64,000 nt of DNA from a virus, in the IMG/VR virus record IMGVR_UViG_3300045988_137804, positions 1-64,000 of that record. The stretch is one strand, 5' to 3'. Positions 1 through 8,169 of the stretch are shown in pieces; position 1 is the stretch's first letter, and the number at the start of each line of letters is the position of its first letter. Below the pieces are notes generated by a model. That model saw only the letters and a list, made by a program, of their open reading frames with translations. It searched no databases and was not told the origin of the DNA. The position numbers and the translations under genes were made by a program.

Positions 1-55
1 TCAAATTCACAGAAGTTTACCAGTTTCCAATCTTTTTTGAATGAATTTATGCTTT
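1..55. repeat. Left arm of a perfect 55-bp inverted repeat. It is the reverse complement of 185..239 and is cut by the window edge, so it may extend further left.
   Basis: Direct comparison: revcomp(185..239) equals 1..55 exactly. The match breaks at 56 and 184. Confidence 0.9.
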
Positions 56-167
56 TATCAGTATTCATAAAAATCCCTTATTTATAGGGGATTGCGCAAT
101 CTCTTTATTCTAGAATTTACCTGTTTTCACCTTTCTTAATTTTAAAAACTCCTCGCTTTCAAGGCAT

Positions 168-1679
168 TTGCAACTACCATGTGAAAGCATAAATTCATTC
201 AAAAAAGATTGGAAACTGGTAAACTTCTGTGAATTTGATAAGTATGCAACAAAATCATACTGTGCAATTCATGGTGTAGATGAATCATTGAATCTTGGTG
301 ATATTACAAAAGTTGATGAGACAAATCTTGAACAATTTAATATGATTTGTGGAGGTAGCCCGTGTCAGGATTTTTCTGTAGCAGGTAAACAAAAGGGTTC
401 TGTTTGGACTTGTAAAGAATGTGGACATGAATATAATCCATTAACAGTTCATTGGGCTGAACGTGATAAGTGTCCAAATTGCAACAGTGAAAATATTGAA
501 AAGACAAGATCATCATTACTTGTTGAATATTTAAGAGTTATCAGAGCAAATAAACCAAATTTTGGAATTTATGAGAATGTAAAGAACATTGTCGGTAGAC
601 AGTTTAAAGACACAACATTTAAATTGTTTACTGATGAGTTGGAAGAATACGGATATAACGTGTATTGGAAGGTGCTTAATGCAAAGAATTATGGTATTCC
701 ACAAAATAGGGAGCGTGTGTATCTGATTTTTATTAAGAAAGATTTGGATAATGGTAAGTTTAAATTTCCAGAACCATTTGATAATGGTGTTAGATTGAAA
801 GATTTATTGGAAGACGTTGTTGATCAAAAATATTATCTTAGCAAAGAAGTTCAAGATAGATTCAAGCTAACTGATGATACTTTTACAAAAAATATTATTG
901 GCACAACAAAACCAGAGTTTAGAACAATCGGTCAAAGAGATTTGGTATATCAGAAAGATTCCGTAATGGGTGCATTAGTAGCAATAGATTATAAGCAACC
1001 GAAACAGATTTTGGATAATGATATTAAAACAGTTGCAATTCCACAAGCCACCAAAAAAGGTTACATAGAATGTGAAATTGGTGGAGTTGCAGATTTATCA
1101 TATCCAGATTCTAAAACTAGACGTGGAAGAGTACAAGATGGTGGTAATATTTGTCCAACATTAACTGCTACAGAGACAGGTGTATGTAGAATCGAATCTG
1201 TTGAAGACAAGCCTAAAGAAAGATTTTTTAGACAAGCATTAGATACATTTGATGATTCCGATGCAGAATATGGAGATACAATTGATGCATTTAATAAAAG
1301 AGTAAATAAATCGGGCTGTTCACCTACATTAACGACAAGACCAGAAGGGTTTAAAACAGCTATTTTGCCAGTAACAAATAATTTACGAGTAAGAAAATTA
1401 ACTCCGAAAGAATGCTTTAGACTTATGGGATTTTCGGATGAAAATTTCAATGCAGCACATAATGCAGGTATTTCAAATTCGCAGTTGTATAAGCAAGCTG
1501 GAAATTCAATCGTGGTAGATGTTTTATATTACATATTTGTTGAGCTGTATAAAGCCATGCCATATCTTTTTGATGATTTAAAGTTAAGCAGTTTCTTCTC
1601 AGGAATCGGAGCATTTGAAGTGGCATTGGACAGATTATACAAAGGAATTAATTTTGGAAATTTTACAAATTCACATTAA
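168..1679 (+). CDS. DNA (cytosine-5)-methyltransferase of the Dcm/M.HhaI family. Motif order is permuted, with motif I at the C-terminus, and a zinc ribbon is inserted between motifs IV and VI.
   Basis: GGSPCQDFSVAG (motif IV, PCQ), ENV (motif VI), QNRERVY (motif VIII), RKLTPKECFRLMGF (IX) and QAGNSIVV (X) are all present. FFSGIGAFEVAL (motif I, FxGxG) comes last. The N-terminus NFCEFDKYATKSY aligns with the region that follows motif I in M.HhaI. There is a CxxC...CxxC insert. Confidence 0.85.
   Translation: MQLPCESINSFKKDWKLVNFCEFDKYATKSYCAIHGVDESLNLGDITKVDETNLEQFNMICGGSPCQDFSVAGKQKGSVWTCKECGHEYNPLTVHWAERDKCPNCNSENIEKTRSSLLVEYLRVIRANKPNFGIYENVKNIVGRQFKDTTFKLFTDELEEYGYNVYWKVLNAKNYGIPQNRERVYLIFIKKDLDNGKFKFPEPFDNGVRLKDLLEDVVDQKYYLSKEVQDRFKLTDDTFTKNIIGTTKPEFRTIGQRDLVYQKDSVMGALVAIDYKQPKQILDNDIKTVAIPQATKKGYIECEIGGVADLSYPDSKTRRGRVQDGGNICPTLTATETGVCRIESVEDKPKERFFRQALDTFDDSDAEYGDTIDAFNKRVNKSGCSPTLTTRPEGFKTAILPVTNNLRVRKLTPKECFRLMGFSDENFNAAHNAGISNSQLYKQAGNSIVVDVLYYIFVELYKAMPYLFDDLKLSSFFSGIGAFEVALDRLYKGINFGNFTNSH
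185..239. repeat. Right arm of the 55-bp inverted repeat. It lies inside the methyltransferase coding sequence, codons about 6-24.
   Basis: Same comparison. It encodes ESINSFKKDWKLVNFCEFD in the + frame. Confidence 0.9.
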
Positions 1680-1699
1680 GCGAAAGGAACTGTCTATAT

Positions 1700-1993
1700 A
1701 TGGATAATTATTGTCTTAAATATTCAATTTATATTTTTGACGAAGAAGGAAAACTTTATGATTTAGTACATTCTAAATTTGGAATAAAAATAATTATGCA
1801 TACGAAAGAGAAAGGTCATAAAGAACCACATGTGCATGTCAAGTACGAAAATAAAGAAGCAGTGCTAAGTTTGATAGATGGAAGATTTATGAAAGGAAAC
1901 ATACATCCAAACAAAAGGAAATATGCGGAAGAATGGGTAATGAATAACAAAGAGGAACTTCTAAAAAGGTATAAAGAAGTGATTGTTTTATGA
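1700..1993 (+). CDS. DUF4160-family protein
   Basis: Signature KEPHVHVKYENKEAVLSLIDG (the conserved xPHFHVxY core). It is followed by an ORF that overlaps by 4 bp. Confidence 0.6.
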   Translation: MDNYCLKYSIYIFDEEGKLYDLVHSKFGIKIIMHTKEKGHKEPHVHVKYENKEAVLSLIDGRFMKGNIHPNKRKYAEEWVMNNKEELLKRYKEVIVL

Positions 1994-2247
1994 ATCACAT
2001 AGAGAACACAATAGCTGTAAAATATGAAAACTTTAAGGAGAGAATAAACATTATGACGATTAAATTTATTAAAGATGTTGTCTTCAAAGACCAAAAAGAA
2101 GACAGTGTAAAGATTAAAAAAGGAAAGATTCTCACAGCAAAGGTTGTAAGAAACGAAGATGGTAAGGAAGAATATGAGATTACTCATAGGAAAAATACAT
2201 TCATGATTCCATCTTCTATGAAAGATGTAGTATTTGAGATTTTGTAA
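1990..2247 (+). CDS. Small protein, probably the DUF2442-like partner of the DUF4160 gene
   Basis: ATGA stop/start overlap with the upstream gene. Size and pairing are typical of the DUF4160/DUF2442 couple. Confidence 0.4.
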   Translation: MNHIENTIAVKYENFKERINIMTIKFIKDVVFKDQKEDSVKIKKGKILTAKVVRNEDGKEEYEITHRKNTFMIPSSMKDVVFEIL

Positions 2248-2309
2248 ATTTGTTCAGATTCTTTTGGAGAATAAGTAAGTATACAAATAATGATTGCGAG
2301 GTATATAAA

Positions 2310-2819
2310 ATGCTTAACAAAGAACAAAAGAATCTGGTGGAAGAAAATTATAATCTTACATATAAATATGCAAAAGATCACAAGTTGGATATGGAAGAAT
2401 TCAGTGGATTGCTTTCTATTGGTTTGTGTAAAGCTGCGTTAAATTACGATTCAGATAAAACAAAGTTCTCTACGTTTGCATACAGATGTATGGGAAATGA
2501 AGTAAGTAATTATCTGAGAAAAGTTAATGCAGGTAAATACTTGAGACATGATGAAGTATATTCCATGGAAGCATTGAATGAAAACGAGAATAGAGCTATA
2601 GAAGAGACATTTCTTATGACTTCATCGGAGAATATTGAGATAGACTATATGTTCAAGGCTAAGTTTCAGAAAGAATATGACAAGCTGAAAGACCAGGTTA
2701 AGAACATTGTTGCTCTCAAATATCATGGATACACAAACAATGAAGTTGCAGAAATTATGAATATAAAAGCATCTACTATAAGTATGGCTTTGAAAAAGTT
2801 CAAATATGCGCTGGTATAA
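2310..2819 (+). CDS. Sigma-70 family RNA polymerase sigma factor (phage-encoded)
   Basis: Region-2-like segment LVEENYNLTYKYAK...FSTFAYRCMGNEV and region-4 HTH ALKYHGYTNNEVAEIMNIKASTISMALKKF. GAGGT sits upstream of the ATG at 2310. The ORF frame is open from 2250. Confidence 0.7.
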   Translation: MLNKEQKNLVEENYNLTYKYAKDHKLDMEEFSGLLSIGLCKAALNYDSDKTKFSTFAYRCMGNEVSNYLRKVNAGKYLRHDEVYSMEALNENENRAIEETFLMTSSENIEIDYMFKAKFQKEYDKLKDQVKNIVALKYHGYTNNEVAEIMNIKASTISMALKKFKYALV

Positions 2820-2870
2820 ATGCTATATTATGAGATATATAGATAATATTGTGTGTTGCAATAAATCGTA

Positions 2871-2916
2871 ATACTACATGTAGTATATAAATATATCATC
2901 ACACACTATATATAGT
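2871..2916. promoter_or_regulatory. 16-bp perfect palindrome ATACTACATGTAGTAT (2871..2886) followed by the motif ACACACTATATATAGT (2901..2916). The same motif recurs at 11948..11963.
   Basis: Seen directly. The second copy overlaps a TTGACA -35 element. Confidence 0.5.
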
Positions 2917-2977
2917 ATTAAAATATAGATGAAATGCGAATTTCATTGGTGGAGAATATATAAGCGGAGGTGATAAC

Positions 2978-3502
2978 GTGGGAACAAATTATTACATGAT
3001 GATGAAGGACAAGGAACTTGCAATGAAGTATTTCGATAATGAGTACGAGCTTACAGATACTCCGTATTTTGGCTATGAAGTACATATCATGAAACTGAGT
3101 TATGGTTGGAAACCTTTATTTGAGTGGCATGGGAATGCGTATAAATCAGTAGAAGATATGCTAAAGTTCTTGGAATTTCATAGAATGGATATTGATATTT
3201 TTGACGAATATAATCGAGAATATACCATTGAAGAATTAAAAGAAGAGTTCGTAAGTCATAAAAATGTAAAACCAAGATATATGAAACATATTCCAGAAGG
3301 CATTCCGAATCATACATTTGGTGGTAGAGATTATTTAGCTGAGTCCACTGAGGATGATTATGACATTAAAATGCCATATGACCATGTAGAGTATCATAAA
3401 TTAGATCCTTACAATGAAAAAAGATGGATAGATGAAAGTAGAGAGCCATTATATTTTCACGATAAGGATGGTTATGATTTTACGAAAGGATGGTTCGAAT
3501 AA
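2978..3502 (+). CDS. hypothetical protein
   Basis: ORF with a GGAGGTG ribosome-binding site. No motif recognised. Confidence 0.5.
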   Translation: MGTNYYMMMKDKELAMKYFDNEYELTDTPYFGYEVHIMKLSYGWKPLFEWHGNAYKSVEDMLKFLEFHRMDIDIFDEYNREYTIEELKEEFVSHKNVKPRYMKHIPEGIPNHTFGGRDYLAESTEDDYDIKMPYDHVEYHKLDPYNEKRWIDESREPLYFHDKDGYDFTKGWFE

Positions 3503-3612
3503 TGAATAAACCAACATTATGGGTTATGGTTGGCTTGTCTGGAAGTGGTAAATCAAGTGTTGCAAAAGAAATCGCAGAGAATAATCCTAAGAAGGAGATG
3601 AATAACAAATAA
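3502..3612 (+). pseudogene. 36-codon remnant of a P-loop NTPase/kinase (Walker A GLSGSGKSS), truncated just upstream of the homing endonuclease
   Basis: MNKPTLWVMVGLSGSGKSSVAKEIAENNP then a stop. TAATG coupling to the upstream gene. No continuation was found downstream. Confidence 0.5.
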
Positions 3613-3641
3613 CAAAAAGAAAAATTTATTGTGGAATATAT

Positions 3642-3998
3642 ATGATACGCAATAAAATAAACGATAAAAAATATATAGGTCAAAGTATAGATATATGGTA
3701 TAGATATAGAAATCATTTGAGTGAATCATATAATGTAAACAAAAAAGCTTACAATATGGCAATTCATAAGGCGATAAGAAAATATGGTAAAAGTAATTTT
3801 GAATTAATTGTTTTAGAAGAATGTCCAAAAGAAAAATTAAATGAACGAGAAATTTATTGGATAGAATATTACGATACATACAATGATGGTTACAATCAAA
3901 CAATTGGTGGGGATACATTAAAAAATACAATTGATAGAGCAAATATATATATCGTCTGTGGGATGAAGGAAAATCTATTAAAGACATTCGTGAAATAA
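3642..3998 (+). mobile_element. GIY-YIG homing endonuclease, catalytic domain ORF
   Basis: KYIGQS...YRYRNH...NEREIYWIEYYDTYNDGYN, typical of the I-TevI-like GIY-YIG domain. Confidence 0.8.
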
Positions 3999-4477
3999 CT
4001 AAGCATGGAAAACATCAAATTATTCGTATTTTAGAAGGTTATGATAAATATTCACCTGAAGAAAGCAAGAGAAGAGGATTTTCGTCTGCTTCAAAGACTA
4101 GGGGCAAAACTGTGTATAGATATCAAATGAATGGTGAATATATAGATGAATTTTGGTCAATTGCTGAAGCCGGAAGAAAAACAGGAACAAGAAATACAGA
4201 TATAAGTTTATGCTTAAATGGTTCTCAACAATCTGCAAATAATTATAGATGGAGTTTTGAGAAAAAAGATAATATCGGAGAATACAAAGCGGAGATGGCA
4301 AACAAAAAGAAAGCAGTTATAAAATATGATGAGGACAATAATTTTATTGAAGAATTTGCATCAATTACAGATGCGGCGAAATCAGTAGGGCTAAAAGGTT
4401 TATCTGGAATAATAAAATCATGTGAAAAAGATGTTTTGTGCAAAGGGTATAAGTGGAAATATAAATATCAAATCTAA
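3938..4477 (+). pseudogene. C-terminal DNA-binding part of the same homing endonuclease (NUMOD-like HTH repeats), in the -1 frame relative to the catalytic ORF. The frame switch sits at a (TA)5 repeat, 3943..3952.
   Basis: Manual translation: frame 2 is open from 3938 (…YRLWDEGKSIKDIREITKHGKHQIIRILEGYD…) and continues into the listed ORF 4112..4477, which has two G..W/SI.EA..-type repeats. Confidence 0.6.
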
Positions 4478-4552
4478 GGAACGTTGGAAGAAAAGGTTTG
4501 GAGAATATAAATATCAGATGCTTTTGGATTTTCATGAATGTGATAAAGTGAG

Positions 4553-4909
4553 GTGAGATACATGAGATGTAATACAGATTTGGAGACTTGGCTGCATGAT
4601 TTCGAAGACGATATATTCCGTATCTTAGTTTACAGAAAGCCTGGTCAGTATACTCCATACGAAGTGGAGAATAAGTTTAGTGATGAGTCTTTATATGTAG
4701 ACAATGAATACAAGAAAGTATTTATTGAAGACGTAATTGAACTACCGGACAAAGATGTTCTGATTGGATTTAGAGAAGTTCTTGATGTGAATCAAAATAA
4801 AGACGGAGAATATGAATGTGAGTTGGCAGATAGCATTGAATATTATAAGCTTTCTGAAATTAAACTGGAATGTTTTAAATGTGATCAAGTGATTGGAGGT
4901 GAGTTCTAA
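4553..4909 (+). CDS. hypothetical protein
   Basis: ORF only. Confidence 0.4.
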   Translation: MRYMRCNTDLETWLHDFEDDIFRILVYRKPGQYTPYEVENKFSDESLYVDNEYKKVFIEDVIELPDKDVLIGFREVLDVNQNKDGEYECELADSIEYYKLSEIKLECFKCDQVIGGEF

Positions 4910-5169
4910 TGGATATTTTCCAAAACATTGTATTGATCTTCATGGGAGTATTGCTCTTAGGAATTTTGGTTGCATTTTCAATCCTATTAGAGAAGTTCAT
5001 GGAGCTGTCAGACGAAGTACATAAGAAACTCTTTGAAATGTCAGTAGAGAATAATACAAATGTAGATGATGGATTCATTCTTGGAGATGAGTTCTTGACA
5101 GAAGACGAATTGACAAATGAAAGCGATGAAGATTCAAGAGAAGAATTCGGAATTTATTCTGAACGATAA
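4909..5169 (+). CDS. Small membrane protein with an acidic C-terminus
   Basis: Hydrophobic N-terminal segment. TAATG overlap with the upstream gene. Confidence 0.4.
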   Translation: MDIFQNIVLIFMGVLLLGILVAFSILLEKFMELSDEVHKKLFEMSVENNTNVDDGFILGDEFLTEDELTNESDEDSREEFGIYSER

Positions 5170-5384
5170 AAGAGTAATAGTATTATGGTTATACGTCAGA
5201 TATGAGGACAAATTCTTGCCGTAATCGTTCAAGATTAACAATTGGATACTGAAAAATAAAGAACTGAATTTGCTCTATGTATATATCAAATAGTAAGCAA
5301 TATATGATGTATTTTTGGACTTAAATTAGCTTAATTAAACTAACTAATTTTTGTATAAATATTTAAAAAAGAGGAGAAAGAAAA

Positions 5385-6965
5385 ATGGTAAATGAGATTA
5401 TTAATGGACTTGGTGTTTTAGTTCCTGTAGTGATTGTAGGAGCAGGTGGAATTGGAATTGTTGGTTCTGGATATGTAAAAGCATCGCCAGATAAAGCCTA
5501 TATCATTTCTGGTTTAAGAAAAGATCCAAAAGTTCTTATTGGAAAAGCTGGGCTTAAGATTCCATTCTTTGAAAAGAAAGACGAGCTAAATCTTCAGTTA
5601 ATTCCAATTGATGTAAAAACATCAAGTGCAGTTCCAACAGCAGATTACATCAACATTAACGTTGATGCAGCAGTAAACGTAAAGGTAAGTAGCGACACAG
5701 AAAGACTTAAACTTGCAGCAGAGAACTTTCTTAATAAACCAACTGACTACATTGGACAGGTTGCAAGAGAAGTTCTTGAGGGTAATATGCGTGAGATTGT
5801 TGGCAAAATGAACTTGGAAGAAATGGTTTCCGATCGTCAGAAGTTTGCAGAACTCGTAAAAGAAAATGCCGAACCAGATCTTGCTGCAATGGGACTCGAC
5901 ATTGTGAGCTTCAATGTACAGAATTTTGTTGATGAAAATGGAGTAATTGAAAATCTTGGTGTTGACAACATTGTTAAAATTCAGAAAAATGCAGCTATTT
6001 CAAGAGCTGATAGCGAAAAAGAAATTGCCAAGGCTCGTGCTATGGCTAAAAAAGAAGCGAATGATGCAGAGGTAACTTCTGAATTGGAAATTGCAAATGC
6101 TCAGGCTGAAGCACAGAAGAAGAAAGCAATTGTACAGGCTAACGCAGATAGAGAGTCAAGAGAAGCTCAAATTGCAGCAGACACACTTATTGCACAGAAA
6201 GAAAATGAACTTGAAATTAAAAAAGCAGAACTTCAGAAAGATGCTGATACGAAAAAGGCTTCAGCAGATGCAGCTTATAGTATTCAGGAAGAAAATGAAA
6301 GAAAATCTGTGGAGATTGCTACGGCAGATGCTAATCTTGCTAAACAGGAAAAAGCTGTGGAGATTAAAGAGAAAGAGATTGCACTCACAGAAAAAACTCT
6401 TGAAGCTACTGTAAAGAAACAGGCTGAAGCAGAAAAATATGCAAAACAGCAGGAAGCAGATGCAAGACTGTATGAAACACAGAGAAAATCAGAAGCAAAT
6501 CTTTTTGAGAGACAGAAAAATGCTGAAGCAGAGAAGTTTGAACGTGAGAAAGAAGCTGAAGCTATGAAAGCAACAGCAGAAGCTAACAAATATGCTATGG
6601 AACAGGAAGCAGAAGGTATTCGTAGTAAAGGACAGGCTGAAGCCGATGCAATCAAAGCAAAAGCTCTTGCAGAAGCAGAAGGTATTCAGAAGAAAGCAGA
6701 AGCAATGAAACAGATGGGTGAAGCAGCAGTTCTTGATATGTATTTCAAAGCTATGCCAGAAATCGCCAAGAATATCGCAGAACCTCTTGCCAAAGTTGAC
6801 AAAATTACAATGTATGGAGATGGAAACTCTTCAAAATTGATGAAAGATATCATGAACACTCTTAATCAGGTTACAGATGGTATGAAAGAGTCAACTGGAA
6901 TCGACTTAAATTCTATTCTTGCAGGTTTTGCAGGTGCTAAAATTGCTGAATCTACAGACAAATAA
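5385..6965 (+). CDS. Flotillin-like SPFH/band-7 protein (FloA/YqiK type)
   Basis: An N-terminal transmembrane segment, an SPFH domain, then a long Ala/Glu/Lys-rich coiled coil. Strong ribosome-binding site AAAGAGGAG. GC content is visibly higher than in the flanks. Confidence 0.8.
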   Translation: MVNEIINGLGVLVPVVIVGAGGIGIVGSGYVKASPDKAYIISGLRKDPKVLIGKAGLKIPFFEKKDELNLQLIPIDVKTSSAVPTADYININVDAAVNVKVSSDTERLKLAAENFLNKPTDYIGQVAREVLEGNMREIVGKMNLEEMVSDRQKFAELVKENAEPDLAAMGLDIVSFNVQNFVDENGVIENLGVDNIVKIQKNAAISRADSEKEIAKARAMAKKEANDAEVTSELEIANAQAEAQKKKAIVQANADRESREAQIAADTLIAQKENELEIKKAELQKDADTKKASADAAYSIQEENERKSVEIATADANLAKQEKAVEIKEKEIALTEKTLEATVKKQAEAEKYAKQQEADARLYETQRKSEANLFERQKNAEAEKFEREKEAEAMKATAEANKYAMEQEAEGIRSKGQAEADAIKAKALAEAEGIQKKAEAMKQMGEAAVLDMYFKAMPEIAKNIAEPLAKVDKITMYGDGNSSKLMKDIMNTLNQVTDGMKESTGIDLNSILAGFAGAKIAESTDK

Positions 6966-6998
6966 TCTGTACATAGTTTAATTTTACACATTCCAACT

Positions 6999-7535
6999 TT
7001 GCATAGTGTCACAGCTATGCAGAGTATTTCTAAAAATAATATGAGAGGAAGTGATTGTGTGGTTAATTTAGAACCACGGATGATGCAAAAAGTACAAAAG
7101 TGTTTAGAAACACATGTTGGTGGTGAAGCATATTTTAATGAATTAGACGCTGCGATTAAATCAGATGAAAATCTTTTGAAGTCTTTCATTAATCGCATTG
7201 TCATAGAAACGAAGTGTCGCAACTTTGTAATGTCAGGTGAAATTGGTGTTGTATATTCTAAATTATATTCATACGATGACATTCATTTGTTGTTGCTGCC
7301 AGGTGGCTTGAGACACGATAAAGAAATTCCTTATGACATTGGGAGAATATATGAAGGAATGGAATTTGTATTCGTAGACGATTCATATTACTCAGGAAAA
7401 ACTTTGAATGCTGTGAAGAAATATATGGAATCTACTGGTGCAAAAATCATTGCAAATTATGTTTTCTACGATGGTAGCAGAGAAAATAAAGATAATGTGA
7501 GATCAATTTACAGATATTATGATCATCACGAATAA
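6999..7535 (+). CDS. Type I phosphoribosyltransferase-fold protein
   Basis: PRPP-binding motif EFVFVDDSYYSGKTL. The true start is uncertain; M candidates at 7043 and 7078. Confidence 0.6.
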   Translation: MHSVTAMQSISKNNMRGSDCVVNLEPRMMQKVQKCLETHVGGEAYFNELDAAIKSDENLLKSFINRIVIETKCRNFVMSGEIGVVYSKLYSYDDIHLLLLPGGLRHDKEIPYDIGRIYEGMEFVFVDDSYYSGKTLNAVKKYMESTGAKIIANYVFYDGSRENKDNVRSIYRYYDHHE

Positions 7536-7549
7536 GGAGAATAACATAT

Positions 7550-7747
7550 ATGGGAAGAAAATTCAGATGGTTGGATGCAATCAGGACAATGAATGTAAAT
7601 GATCTTGCACCATATTTAATAAAGGAATGTTTCAATTTTCATGATGGAACATGGTGGTCATCTCCAAGTGGTAATAAATTTGATTATCATGATGATGCTC
7701 TTGAAGATTGTATTCGGTGGTTAAATTCTAAATATGATGGGAGATAA
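7550..7747 (+). CDS. hypothetical protein
   Basis: ORF with a GGAGA ribosome-binding site. Confidence 0.35.
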   Translation: MGRKFRWLDAIRTMNVNDLAPYLIKECFNFHDGTWWSSPSGNKFDYHDDALEDCIRWLNSKYDGR

Positions 7748-7755
7748 TAATTATT

Positions 7756-8127
7756 ATGGGATGGTATGAAGAGTACAAGACTGATGAATATATAAAAAGT
7801 CTCCAGTCTGTAGTAGAAGGATTAAAAACAAAAGATAAGACAATTAATTCACTACAAGAAGAGAATAATAGATTGAGAGATGAACATTACAAGGATGGAG
7901 AGTTAAAGAAATTGCAAGAAAAAATTGATAAGTTGCAAGGCGACTGTAATAGAGGATTTCCAATTAGTTTCAATGAGCAAGAAGTGATTGATGAATTTCG
8001 AGAAGAACACAAGAAGGAATGTCCTCATTGTAGCTTCAAATACATATTTGAGCCTTATTCGATTGTTGAGTTTGGATATCTAAAATGCAATGTTTGTGGT
8101 GAAGAAATAAAATTTGCAGAACGGTGA
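7756..8127 (+). CDS. Coiled-coil protein with a C-terminal zinc ribbon (CPHC...CNVC)
   Basis: Seen in the translation. Confidence 0.4.
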   Translation: MGWYEEYKTDEYIKSLQSVVEGLKTKDKTINSLQEENNRLRDEHYKDGELKKLQEKIDKLQGDCNRGFPISFNEQEVIDEFREEHKKECPHCSFKYIFEPYSIVEFGYLKCNVCGEEIKFAER

Positions 8128-8169
8128 TGGAGAATAAGTAATTAAAGGTTATAGAAAGGAGTTTGTGAA

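Noticed and set aside
1061-1450. Antisense 129-aa ORF inside the methyltransferase gene
   Set aside because: Nested antisense to a gene with all catalytic motifs. No ribosome-binding site.
3502-4550. A group I intron carrying the GIY-YIG ORF and splitting the kinase gene
   Set aside because: No downstream ORF resembles the remainder of a P-loop kinase, and no P1-P9 structure could be discerned by eye. It is kept only as an alternative inside the homing-endonuclease finding.
6091-6655. ORFs 6091..6414 (+, alternative frame) and 6284..6655 (-) inside the flotillin gene
   Set aside because: They arise from the low-complexity GCA/GAA/AAG coiled-coil codon repeats of the flotillin, are fully nested in a well-supported gene, and the antisense product is Ala/Ser-rich nonsense.
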